A DNA stretch of 64,000 bases from Octopus vulgaris (GCA_951406725.2 OX597837.1:10416001-10480000), one strand, 5' to 3'; shown: positions 14,312 through 27,349, numbered from the stretch's first letter. A program made the numbers and translations. The notes: generated by a model from the sequence alone, not told the origin.

Positions 14312-14678
14312 TGCATAGATACACATATGGATGTATGTATGTATGTATACACTCTTTCATTTGCGGCAACATCGATTGATTTCTCCCATTGGCATCTGAT
14401 CAACAATTTTGTAAGGGAAGCGTATAATCGATTGCTTTATTTGACTTTTAACTATTTTTATCAACCCTCCTCCCCTTGCTTTCCTCCCCCTGGGGTGAGA
14501 TGAAAGGCAAAGGCGATCCTGGTGTGATATGAACCCGCAATACAAAAGGAACGGGAACGAAACGTAGATGGCGCTTTACTGTCTGTGGCACATCGAGTAT
14601 TATGCATATATGTGTATCTGTGCACACACGTTTGCGTCAGTGGACATTTGTGTGTGTGTGTTGTGTGTGTGTGTCTAC

Positions 14679-14717
<39 letters not shown>

Positions 14718-14862
14718 TTAATAATAAACCCAACTCTTTTTAGTAGAGTATGTGTTTATTAAACTTCTACAAGGGAGGTGACAGTGACTTCGAAGTTCAC
14801 CCTGCTAGTTACCGCCAGACGGACATTATACGTACACACACACATATATACACATATATATA

Positions 14863-14910
<48 letters not shown>

Positions 14911-14967
14911 CACACACACATATATTCATATATATATATATATATACATACACACACACATATATTC

Positions 14968-14998
<31 letters not shown>

Positions 14999-15057
14999 CA
15001 TACACACACACACACATATATTCATATATATATATATATATATATACATACACACAC

Positions 15058-15106
<49 letters not shown>

Positions 15107-15967
15107 CATATGCTTACATACACAGGCACGTCCTACCTGCCTGCATATACGTTTAAACATGCGTTCGTGTATGACAGTCACTATGCACCTTTGTACGTAC
15201 GTAATACAAAGAGTCTACATTGCTAATATCAAGCAGAAGTAGGACTCTCTCTCTCTCTCTCATGCACACACATTTCTTAGGTAGTAGCAGTAGTACTAGT
15301 AGGAGGGGGAGGAGGAACAGTGGAATGCAGGGGGCGTCGACGTATATATACCGACGAGTTTTGAACACGAAACGAGATATTTGTCAAAACCATTATTGAC
15401 ACCTGTGACAGGTTCGATGGTATAAAAGAAAAAAAAAAGTGGTAGGTAAGGATGACATCTGAAATCTGAACCGAAATATCGAAGACCACGAATATTCCCT
15501 TTCTGCCAGTCTAATAACAACACACGCACACACACACACCTTTGTGTCTTTTTTTTTTTTTTTTTTTTTTGTGAAGTTATTAAACGAAACGATCGCGGAA
15601 TACTTTTCAGTTGAGAACATACTTTATATTGTCGAACTGAACACATTGGAAGTGAGTACGAAACCTCGAATTCCTTGCCGTGATGTAAAATATTAATAAA
15701 GGCGCGCGCGCGCGATTTCGACAGGCCAATTATCTTTATGTTCCGCTGTAGACGCGAACGTTTTGAAATGGAACATTAACGAAAGAAAAAAATTAATTAA
15801 AAAAAAAAAAAAAAAAACGAATGAAAATGCATCGTATTGTGACAACACACAGAACGACATTGTTCCATTTATTTTGAGTAAACCACGTTATAAAATTCTT
15901 CATATTACAGCTTACTGATGATTGCCGGATATGACACAAAACCATAGCGTCATATATATACATACTT

Positions 15968-16284
15968 AGTCGAGCAACTCGATCCCAGGGCTTATTCTTT
16001 GTAAGCCTAGTACTTATTCTACCGGTCTCTTTTGCCGAACCGCTAAGTTACAGGGGAGCAAACACACCAGCATCGGTAGTCAAACGATGATGGGGGGACA
16101 AACACAGACAAACACACACATATATACGACGGGCTTCTTTCAGTTTCCGTCTACCAAATCCACTCACAAGGCTTTGGTCAGCCCGAGGCTATAGTAGACG
16201 ACACTTGCCCAAGGTGCCACGCAGTGGGACTGAACCCGGAACCATGTGGTTGGTAAGCAAGCTACTTACCACACAGCCACTCCT
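15968..16284 (-). mobile_element. CORE-like tRNA SINE, reverse orientation
   Basis: Reverse complement of the 9703 element: gacacttgcccaaggtgccacgcagtgggactgaacccggaaccatgtggttggtaagcaagctacttaccacacagccactcct. Confidence 0.85.
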
Positions 16285-16470
16285 ATATATATAATGTAAG
16301 GCACACATTTGCTGCTAGCTGTGTTTCAATATTTTACGCACAATGAGGAAACTACCAAACAAATCCTCTCCAAGAGACAACAGACCTGGAAAACTGATGG
16401 ATCATTAAGATAGTCTGCCTTCGTAGTACAGACTTAGAAAGCTTTAGCTGCAATAATGTGTGGGTGGATG

Positions 16471-16845
16471 AAGGCGGAGAGCTGGCAGAAACGCTGGGCA
16501 AAATGCTTAGCGGTATTTCGTCTGCCGCTACGTTCTGAGTTCAAACTCCGCCGAGGTTGACTTTGCCTTTCATCCTTTTGGGGTCGATTAAATAAGTACC
16601 AGTTACGCACTGGGGTCGATATAATCGACTTAATCCGCTCGTCTGTCCTTGTTTGTCCCCTCTGTGTTTAACCCTTTGTGCGTAGTAAAGAAATAGGTAT
16701 TTCGTCTGTCCTCAAATTCCGCCGAGGTCGATTTTGCCTTTCATCCTTCTGAGGTGGATAAATTAAGTTCCAGTTGCGTATTGGGGTCGATCTAATAGTC
16801 TGCCTCCCTCCCCAAAAATGTCTGGCCTTGTGTCTAGAGTACAAT
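16471..16845 (+). mobile_element. Dimeric Meta-like SINE
   Basis: aaggcggagagctggcagaaacg...ttctgagttcaaactccgccgagg...ctttcatcctt...gtcgat, with the core present twice. Confidence 0.85.
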
Positions 16846-17494
16846 TGAATATTTCACGCACATACACTCATGGATTTGGAATTCTTTTCGAAACCATTCT
16901 TCTGATACCTCTTTCATCAACCATTATTAGACTGCCTCCCTCTCTCCGTCGCTCTCATACAGACACACGCATACAATGCCATCCATATTTTTCTGACCCT
17001 CCTTCTTAATTCAAATTCTTTAATTTGCTAAAATTTATGCTTTTTCTCCGAACTTTTAATCCATCCCCTGTACTGACCAGTTCTCTCAGCTAATTCTTTG
17101 ACACCCACCACCACCACCTCTACAAGCCATCGACAAATTTATTTTCTTTCCTTCAAACCGCCATAGAATGCTACAACCACCACCACAACTATTACAGTCA
17201 ACTACTAGTACGTACACACACATAAAAATGCGACTCCTACTAAAGCAACCGCTACCAACATTGCTAGTTACGTTTCTAACCATGAACAATAAGTACGGCA
17301 ACCATCACCACTACCATTACGTTTACAAACAAGAACGATCGTGCAGTGGTATCACACGGAGACGAGAACAAGCTCCAGAATGACCACCACCAACGAAAAG
17401 GCCGCCGCCACCACCACCATCACTCACACGATTATTACGATAATCCAACAGCACCATCGTAGCCAATGGCAACACACCACTAACACCACAACCA

Positions 17495-17730
17495 ATACCT
17501 ATTTCTTTACTACCCACAAGGGGGCTAAACACAGAGAGGACAAAAAAGGACAGACAAAGGGATTAAGTCGATTATATCGACCCCAGTGCGTAACTGGTAC
17601 TTAATTTATCGACCCCGAAAGGATGAAAGGCAAAGTCGTCCTCGCCGGAATTTGAACTCAGAACGCAGCGGCAGACGAAATACGGCTACGCATTTTGCCC
17701 GGCGTACTAACGATTCTGCCAGCTCGCCGC
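17495..17730 (-). mobile_element. Meta-like SINE, 5' module, reverse orientation
   Basis: cccacaaggggctaaacacagagaggac...gaaaggatgaaaggcaaagtcg...ctgccagctcgccgc. Confidence 0.85.
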
Positions 17731-19423
17731 AGAACCAATACCAACCAATACCATCGCCACCGACATTATTACCATTTGCAACATACCATTATCACCTCTA
17801 TTCCCACCACTGCCACCATCATTCATGTAACCATGGTTAGGCTGGAGGTAAGGAAATCGTCGAAGCCTTTCCTCCCACATCTGTATCCTTGTCAATGACT
17901 TCATAACGGATACCGCATTGAAAAAGAAAAAAGAAAAAAATCTAGAGTTCTTAATTTTCTTCCTTTAACCTCCAACCGCTTCCAACAAAATGGACCCTGT
18001 TTAAAAGCATCCAATGGCGAGGCGAGAATGTTAAATGGAACAGTGGGTAAAAGACTTTCCAGTCATCTGTCCTCAAAAGGTTTCTTCTTGCCTCAAAGAT
18101 TTAGCCAAAATTTCCATTCCACCAAATTTCGAATTTTGCCTAAGAAATCCTAATGGACTGACTTAAGGCTTATAGCAGAAGTCACTTGAAAACAAGAAAA
18201 GATGTTGCGCTTGTGATTGAAACCAAGACTTCATATTTGCATGATATTAATGCCACTGCTGCATCACGGAAAACATGGTCTGATGTTCTGCTTCCCGACC
18301 GCCTTCGTAGCAATGACGTCAGTTAAATCTCTTTCCAGGAATTGTTAGATCTCGTAGATAGGCGTCTCAAAGCCCAGCCTCCGTTGAACATACATACATA
18401 CATATGTATATATATATAAGGTTCATGTTCCATAGGTGCGTGTGTGTATGTATATATGTTTATACATCTGATGTAATGCCAGAATATAGATCTATCGGGG
18501 AGTAAGTGATAACCATCTCTATCATATATGGAGAGACCAAGCGATCAGATTTCCTTCTCATGTCTAAAACCTTAAGCAATGTTGTCATAAGCCAACCAAT
18601 GAACAGAACACACACACACACACACACACACACATACGCACAAATGTATGGTTAAGTCCTGAGTCATATGTCTTCATTAAGGTTCATAAGTGAATCCACA
18701 CGTTTACAAGAGCTCGATGTAATGCAATACGTTGTCCCTTTGTCCAAGATGGCATCGAGATGACCTCATTATTTCATTGAGTTTATCGGTGAAGTACCTT
18801 CCATTCTGAGGGACTCATTTTCCCCTCGTTTTACCCATTCAGACATTAAGGACCCTATGCCTTCTCCAATAAGGTAAGGGTGCATCAAACAACATAATGA
18901 AACCTCCTGAATTAGCACCTAAACACGAAATTTAACGGTTCTCCTCTGAGCCGAGGCCAAAGTCGAATTGACTCCAGCACTTATTTTTAAGTGTGGTACT
19001 TATTGGGGACGTGAACAAACAAACAGCGATGGTCAAGAAATTGGGGCTAGAAACAACCCCACTCACCCACACACATACGGACAAGTTCACTCACTGGCTA
19101 ACTATTAGTCGTACTTGAGTTTGAAGCCATGAGGGTTATAGAGTGAGCTCCATTTGCTTTACTTTTCATTCTGAGATACTTTTGTGAGCGCCCACGAGAC
19201 CACTGGTTACCCAGTGAGCCAAGCGTACGGGTGGTGTTATGGTGGTAGCATAAATGCAAGCATTTACGCATCTATGTGCGCTTCTATGCACGCTCATGTA
19301 CGCCCATGTACATGTGTATTACCCACACATACACACAGTTCTCAGAGACATTCATCACTGTGACAATGCTGGCGCTTTTGAATTACAAGTATGACTAATT
19401 TTTACCAGCAGAGTGGACTAGAG

Positions 19424-19603
19424 CAGCGGTTACCGACGTTTTTTGCACTCGAGACCCCTTACCCAAAGGCATGGAACGCACGCGACCCCCTACAATCAGT
19501 TGATAGTTGAAAGTAATATTATCAGAATTCCACACTACGCGGCACCCCAGCGAAGGCTTCGCGACACCGTAGGGGGTCGGGAACCATCTGTTAGAAACCC
19601 CTG
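19424..19603. mobile_element. hAT/Charlie-like MITE nested in a SINE
   Basis: Termini CAGCGGTT...AAACCCCTG, with an imperfect 8-bp TSD gactagag / gatgagag. The flanks rejoin as gagtggactagagcaacatgaaataaggtgtcttgctcaagg, matching the uninterrupted SINE copy at about 45128-45175. Confidence 0.75.
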
Positions 19604-20439
19604 GATGAGAGCAACATGAAATAAGGTGTCTTGCTCAAGGACACAAGAGTCCACTAAGAATTGAACTCACGTCTTACAATCGTGAACCACACACCCTAAC
19701 TACAAAGCCATACCTCTCCACACACACACAAGTGTGTGTGTGCATATATATATATATAAAACAGGCTCAATACGAAGAACAATTGGTGTCATGGCCGCCA
19801 TAACCCCGAATTTCGCGTTAACTCTTCCCGCTCCATGTACGTACATATATAAGCTCATACATATGTACCTGTGTGAGAGAGAGAGAGACATTACACACAC
19901 CCACACAGATAGATATAAAACTTATACTCACACATATACTCAGGCATAAAATTATGTATGTATATATATATATATATATGTACGTATATACATTTATGTA
20001 TTGATGGGTGTACGGTTTTGTGTGGATATATTTGGGGCCATGCAAGAGTCTCATCACGAACCGTGGACTTCCAACCAATCAGAGTTGTCGTCTTGCTCGG
20101 CAACATCCTCCCTCGGTCTGCAACTACTGCACACTGCAAGTATCCGATATGCCTTTACAACGAGCAGTGTGTTATGCAACTACATACATACGTGGTTACA
20201 CACCTGTCTGTGTGTGTGATGTGTGTGGTGTGTCTGTGTGTACACACCCACACATGCATACATGTAAGCAAGAGTTGGGTATGTCTGTATGTATGTATGC
20301 ACAGGTATGGTGATGCAAACAGGTAAAATAGAACCCAAAATATAAGGTGTAAATTTTTAGTGATATGAAGCAGAAACAACTGAGTGACTGCAGGGACGAA
20401 AGTTTCGTGAATCTGCACTTATTATTATCATATATATAC

Positions 20440-20495
<56 letters not shown>

Positions 20496-20820
20496 TGTGT
20501 GTATGCACACATACGCATGAACACACGCATTTGGAGATAGATGGACATGTGTATGTGTGTGTATACATGCAGAGTCCTCTAGATTCTATGTGTGCGTGTA
20601 TGCGTAGTTTGTATGCACATATGCATGAACACACTTACACACACAGGACAGACACGAGCATGTGTTTATGTCTGTACGTATATGCATACACACACCAGCA
20701 TTTATGTATGCATATATACTCAAATAATGTATATGCGTACATTATTGACAATAAAGGTAACCCCACCCCATATCTTCGCTTTACATATACTTCATACATG
20801 CAGTATGTCTTTATACTGTA

Positions 20821-20883
<63 letters not shown>

Positions 20884-21447
20884 GCGCGCGTGCGTTGAAT
20901 GGTTTTGTGGAATAGTATGAAACGTGGTGGTTCGCATCCTCGTTCTCAATTTCATGAAATATAAAAATTCAAAGAAAGAACAAGAGAGAAAAAAGAAGGA
21001 AAAAAAAAAGGAAATCGTTAATTATTGAGTAAATTGATTTAATTATAATCAAATACATGTCTCAAGGAAAACAACAGATTTTTGTTGCAGAAGAAGGAAC
21101 ACAAAACAATCCCAATGACAACGTTTTCAACAATGTATCAGCGTGGACAAGAAAAAATAGCCAAAAAAAAAAAAATGTAACGATCTGCTTTTAACCTTTT
21201 GTTTACGAAACAAGGATTCTAGGGGAGGAAAATAGGGGGAGGGTGTAGATGATTCTGTTGGTCTATCGTGCTTGATTGGTTCCCTTACTATTTCGTTCTC
21301 GGGGGGATGAAAGGCAAAGGTGACCTCGGCGGGATTTGAACCGAGAACGTACAGGCAAAGAGTAGATACCACAAAGCACTCTCTTTTGACATTTTTGCGG
21401 CAGCAGCAGCCTTACAGATAGTAGTAGTGGTAGTAGTGGTTGTTGTT

Positions 21448-21504
<57 letters not shown>

Positions 21505-21798
21505 ACCGTTTCTCATTTCTGACACAAAGTCAACCATTTAAAGGGAAGGGGGGGATCGATTACATTAACCCATTCCCAAGTATTTGACTGGTATTAAAAT
21601 TTCTCGAAAGGATGTATGTGAAATTTGAACTCAATACGTAAAGTTGGAAAAGAAATGCCGCGAAGCATTTAGTCCGACGTGCTAACCTACCTCACTCAAT
21701 AATAATTAAGGTCACACCCGTCTGTTTCCACGTTTGAATACATGAAGGCAATGAGTTTAAAAATAATAAAAAATTAAAAAATTTTAAATAACTGCATT

Positions 21799-21986
21799 GG
21801 ATCTTTTCGGTTTGAACGGCAGTTTTTTCTCGCGGTGTCATATGAAATTGTCACCCATAATTATGACCCTAGCATCGATCTATTGCATTTCAATCTGCTT
21901 CAGGGTTAGGGGTGTGGAGAAGTGTGTCTTTTTTTCTTCACAAATGTAAATAAACCCAATCTGTTTCTTAAACGAGGGACATATTG
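21799..21986 (-). mobile_element. Partial copy (one end) of the GATCTTTTCGGTTTGAACG MITE
   Basis: Reverse complement of the right half of the full element at 41535-41928. Confidence 0.85.
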
Positions 21987-22869
21987 ACTTTGGGACTGGA
22001 CAAATGTATCTGCTAATTGCAGGATTAAATTCTTTTATTGTTCTATTTCAACTTAAAATAGTTTAAATTCACCATGACAGATTTTACGTTATTCTGATCA
22101 ATCTACGAACACCACAACAAAGCACAGCACATACTCAAGGAACACAGAGCTGCACTCGGTAGCGTAGTAAAAGCACATATAAATAAAACTACTGAACTAC
22201 TATAATAATAATAATAATAATAATAATAATTAACTAGTACAACACTAAATACAAAACCAAATATATGGCACATTAGGCATAACAACATGAACTTCCAACC
22301 TGTTGTCTCTTGAGGTCTCTGGGTGAGACTTGGAGTCAACGTGTACAAATGTAAAGCAAAAGTCAAACATAGAATAATAATAATAATAATCATTATTAAT
22401 TTACCGCCAGGCCGCAATCAAACAAATTGACTTGGTTAGTGAAAATTTCTTTCAAAACAGGTAAGGGAGGGAACTCCCTAAGCTATTCATCAAAAATTAA
22501 ATAGACGTGCAGGAGGAGAGTAATGTATGTCTGAACCTTTGCAACAATTTGGGGACAACTCAGGACAAATTTCGTTCTTGGTAGGCCTCCGCAGTAAATG
22601 TTCGATGGCAGCCAATAGGACTCCAGAACAACTTAAACGTATACTGTATACGAAAATAATTTGTAGCTTTGTTAACATTCACTATTGAAAGTGAAAAGTT
22701 TTCTACCTGTGAAAAAAAACAATAACAAAAAAACAAAAAAAAACATGCACAATAACAGGTGTGTATGCACAAACAAACACACCTTATAGTTTCATTCACC
22801 GGCGTGTATCCAGCATGTCCAACGATTTGTAATGTACGTCTTTTCTACAACGACATGAGATGAGTCATT

Positions 22870-23780
22870 CAATGGTAGCCAAGCAACGAGACAGTTCTAG
22901 TTACTAAGCAACGCAACGGCCAACTCTACAATGATATTCAGTTGTGGCTATTAAGCAACAAGCTCTACACATTCAAACTCACTTGTGTTGCCAGGCAACC
23001 ACCTCTACACAAGTATCCAGCTCTACACAGTCAGTTGCAGTATCTAAGCAACCAGCTTTACTTAGTTTTGGTTACTAAGCAACTAGCTGTCTACAAACTG
23101 AAATAAATTACCAAGCAACCATTTCTACAAAATCAATTAGCTCTACAAAAACCAATCGGTTGTTGTTACTAAGCAACCAGCTCTACACAGTCATTTTATT
23201 GTAGTTACTCAGCAGTCAAGCTCTACAAGATCAATCAGTTGTGGTTACTAAGCAACCAACTCTACAAACCCATTGCTTACTTAGCAAACAGCTCTACACA
23301 ATTTGTGGTTACTAAGCAACCAGCTCTACACAACCAATGTATTGTGGTTACTAAGCAACCACCTCTATAAACTCAATTTGTGGTTACTAAGCAACCAACT
23401 CTACACAACCAATGTATTGTGGTTAATAAGCAACCAGCTCTACACAAACAATCTATCGTAGTTACTAAGCAACCAGCACTACAAAATCGGTCAGTTGTAG
23501 TTGCTAAGCAACCAACTCTACAAACCCATTGCTTACTTAGCAAACAGCTCTACACAATTTGTGGTTACTAAGCAACCAGCTCTACACAACCAATGTATCG
23601 TAGTTACTAAGCAACCACCTCTATAATACTCAATTTGTGGTTACTAAAACCAACTCTACACAACCAATGTATTGTGGTTAATAAGCAACCAGCTCTACAC
23701 AAACAATCTATCGTAGTTACTAAGCAACCAGCACTACAAAATCGGTCAGTTGTAGTTGCTAAGCAACTAACTCTACACTC
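22870..23780. repeat. Minisatellite, about 36-bp monomer (gtggttactaagcaaccagctctacacaaccaatgtatt-like), with a 256-bp higher-order duplication
   Basis: More than 20 copies of ttactaagcaacc...ctctaca. The variant caaacccattgcttacttagcaaac occurs at 23265 and 23521. Confidence 0.95.
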
Positions 23781-24101
23781 TTAAAAAAACTGAATGAAGT
23801 TTCAGATCAGCTCAGTTCCAGTAGATTTTTCTTCTTTTTGGCTAAAAACGACTTCCAGTATAATCACCAGTCTTCTTCACCCACCCACCCAGATAGACAG
23901 ACATACATACAGATAGATATACAGATAGCTAGCTAGCTAGATAAATAGATTACATACATAGATATAAAAAGTAGATAGACAAGCGCATGCACCCACCCAC
24001 CCATACACACTAGTCATACATTCAAATCAACAGCATTCCTGCAGATCCGACACCACACAGAAACCTGTCCGCGTGCATTGAGGTATGAAAGTGCCTGTGT
24101 A

Positions 24102-24169
<68 letters not shown>

Positions 24170-24170
<1 letters not shown>

Positions 24171-24369
24171 ATAAACATTTCCCAGTTACATCGAAAATAC
24201 ATTTTATGTACAAAGCCATTATTAAAAGTGCTCAGTAAAATCGAAAGAAAAGAAAAAGCGAGAGTTAAAACAATGCGACATGAAGTATATACATATGACT
24301 AATCCGATGAGAGACTTGGAAATAAATTCAAGCTCCATATTAAATTACATTATATACAAATATCATATA

Positions 24370-24414
<45 letters not shown>

Positions 24415-25887
24415 ATGTTTAAAGAAGCAAAAGAAGTACTAAATATCTGCAGCAGAATTTATATAATCCATTCATTTAAATGGATACACACAGATGCTTT
24501 TATATAATTACAGCCTTTGTTTATTAGTGTCGTTATTGCTGTTGTTGTGCTTGTTGTGTTATCATTTTTATTATTAATATCATTAATATTCTTGTTGTTG
24601 TTTCGTTTTGCTTTTTGACTATTTTGTTGAAAGTACTCAATGACAATTACATTTGTTTAATATATGCAGTGAAGACAGAGTAATACATACAGTATATACA
24701 TGCACACATACACACACTAATGAAACAATAATAATAAAATAAACCGTGTATATAGTATGTATACAGCTTCTGTTAAGGCGGTAACGTCTTCAATATTACA
24801 GAATTTTAAGAAAAACAAGCTCAAGGTATCACACGCTCACAGAGTAAGTAAAAAAACTTTGCACACTGAGAAAAGAGAATCACTACAAACAAAAGCTAAA
24901 TATATATTTTTTTTATAGTGACTTCGAAGTTCTGTTGGTTGTGGCACTGTCAGGACGGTAGTCTGACACTTGCCAACGAATGGCAAAACTTGGTAAAAAA
25001 AAAAAAGCAGAAAGAGAACAAAACAAAAGAGAAACAAATGGAAATTATATAAGTAAAAAATACATGTAGATACGTATAGACACTCGCACATACATAAAAA
25101 TTTAAACTAAAATATATGTATAAAAGAAAAAATTATAAATACATATATAAACATTTATATACATTCATATATATACACATTTTTATGCATAAATATACAG
25201 ATAAATATACACATATATTCAAACATATACATATACGCACATATAAATACACATAGACGTATGTATAAACATATAAATACATACACATATATATACATAT
25301 ATACATATATACACATATATAGACGTGTATATATATAGAGAGAGAGAGAGATACATACACACATATATACACACATACATACATACACATATATATACAA
25401 ACGTATATGCACACACATATATACACCTATATATACTCACACACATCGGCAGAGGTGACAGAGTGAGTCCAAGCTCGCGAGTGTCGCTTATTCTTACTTA
25501 TGAACCTGGTTTCAAATTAAGAGGGTGCTTCATGTACAAGTACCCATTGTTGGACTTCATAAATACAATACCATTCGCCGCCACTAATTTAAAACTGGTC
25601 TGATGAGCGCAAATGCACGAAACTCAGCGCTCATGAGTCACTCCGTAACTACTACTGATTAAGTAATATAGGCGTGTGCGTGTGAGAGCACATTTGCATA
25701 TTTGCATTAGACGTATGTATAATATCCATGTTTGAATGCGTGCATTTGTATTATACGCATGTATGTATAAGTTTCTATTAAACGTATATACGAAAGAATT
25801 GAAGGCTATTATTAATGTAAGGGTATACATATTTCCATTTCTGAATATATGCATGTACATTTATATATGTATATATTTATTTTACCT
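24170..25887 (-). other. Putative terminal 3' UTR-like exon of a minus-strand transcript
   Basis: Acceptor cttcccatctcccttccatcctatacAG at 25888. U-rich on the minus strand, with AATAAA near 24520-24525 and TGTACATAAA near 24200. The end coordinate is a guess. Confidence 0.4.
25594..25646 (+). ncRNA. Type I hammerhead ribozyme motif (near-canonical core, weak stem I)
   Basis: CTGATGA (25600-25606), stem II gcgc-aaat-gcac (one mismatch), GAAA (25619-25622), stem III actca/tgagt (5 bp), GTC triplet ending at 25639. Stem I pairs only ggt/act. Confidence 0.7.
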
Positions 25888-25928
25888 CTGTATAGGATGG
25901 AAGGGAGATGGGAAGTATACATGAACCA

Positions 25929-25964
<36 letters not shown>

Positions 25965-26410
25965 TTGTATTGGAAGGTTTGGAGATGATGTACAAGTATT
26001 TTATATTAGAAGAAATGAGGTACTCAGAAAATCGGATGGTTTATATTTACAGATATTTATTTGTATATTGCATTTTTTATATATCATATAACTTAGATCA
26101 TGTATTAGCGCTTTCTCCCATTCTAGTGGGGTTTTCAAATCAAACTAAGTTGATTTATATACTTATATATATATATACATACTTGTATATATATCGCCGT
26201 TTCACGATATATATATAAACATATATACATATTATATTTAGGGATGTAGTGCTGTGTGTAGGTATATGCATGTTTCTATATATATAAATATATCACCAAA
26301 AAATATTAGACACGATTTTAAATCAAAACACCAAAGGAAAAGAAAAAAAGAGAGGAAAGAAAAAAATAATAAAAACACCACAAATACACACAAAACAAAA
26401 GTACACTTAC

Positions 26411-26826
26411 CCTTCTTTTAATTGAAACTGTTTCTCTTGTTTTCATTCGGTAATAACACATACACAAAAAGCATCTGCCCTCATCGTCGGCCTCCACTTC
26501 CTCCTACCCCTTCTCTTCCTTTGTCTGTGTCTGTCTCTCTCTCTCTCTTTCTCGCTCTACTCCGTCTCTGAATGTATGTGTGTGTGTGTGTGTGGTGAGT
26601 GTGTGTGTGGTATTTTCCTTTTGCTATGTTGTAGATGTTATATGCTAAGGCCACGCTGGAGCTACGCATTTGGTGTTTGCTCCGAGGTTTCGATATATTT
26701 TGTATGCGTTTCTATTCTCATATTTTTGTTTGATTTTGATATATTCTGGATATGTGTGTGTGTGTGCCCATGGCTTTATATGCATTCGTGTGTGTGTGTA
26801 TGCGTCGGTGTGTGAGTATGTGTGTG

Positions 26827-26868
<42 letters not shown>

Positions 26869-27118
26869 TGTGTGTCGTTTGTGTTTTCGTGTGTGGGTTC
26901 GACTCCTTTGGTAGCTATTATGTGTATACGTTTAACCAACGTTCCTTTGCTGTGTAAATGCTCTTGCAGTCTTCATACAGGTAGGTGTGAGTGAGAGAGA
27001 AGAGAGAGAGAGAGAGACAGAGAGGGGAGAGAAAGAGTCGGGGAGGGGAGGGAGAGAGGGAGAGATAAAAACGGAGAGCGAGATCGAAAGCGAGCTGGAG
27101 TTCGTCTGTGAAAGCATT
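26411..27118 (-). other. Putative exon of the minus-strand transcript (UTR-like, microsatellite-rich)
   Basis: Strong acceptor cttatttttctctttttgcAG at 27119 and donor gg|GTAAGT at 26410. Confidence 0.55.
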
Positions 27119-27318
27119 CTGCAAAAAGAGAAAAATAAGAATAAAAATAAGAATAAGAACAGACACGTAAACTGATAAACAAACAATAAGAGAGAGAATA
27201 CGGCAAATATTGGAATATGTTAATGAGTGGTTGGGCAGAAATATTCCATAAAAGGCAAAGGGAGAAACCAGCCGACACGCCAGCCAACCAACCAATACAG
27301 CGCAGACAGAAAACATAC

Positions 27319-27349
27319 CGACGAGGGCGGCTCTACGTCGTAGCTCGAT
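27319..27349 (-). CDS. Putative 31-nt exon, possibly carrying the stop codon (…DRATT*, TAG at 27335-27333)
   Basis: Acceptor ttgctatttcttgcAG at 27350 and donor tcg|GTATGT at 27318, followed by a 200-nt intron to 27119. The reading frame is uncertain. Confidence 0.4.

Noticed and set aside
15916-15955. ctgatga-ttgcc ggatat gacac-aaaac...gtc hammerhead-like string
   Set aside because: GAAA is mutated to AAAA and stems I and II are mismatched. At best a dead relic.
20390-20430. Minus-strand gtgcagattcac-GAAAC-tttc-GTC hammerhead-like 3' half
   Set aside because: No CUGANGA upstream (replaced by ataataa).
22870-23780. CRISPR-like array (conserved core with variable intervening sequence)
   Set aside because: The intervening segments are short and homologous to each other, there are no cas genes, and the context is eukaryotic. 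It is a minisatellite.
26973-27118. SR-protein-like peptide RRTPARFRSRSP
   Set aside because: Only one or two RS dipeptides, it runs straight into a CT microsatellite, and no RRM exons were found upstream.
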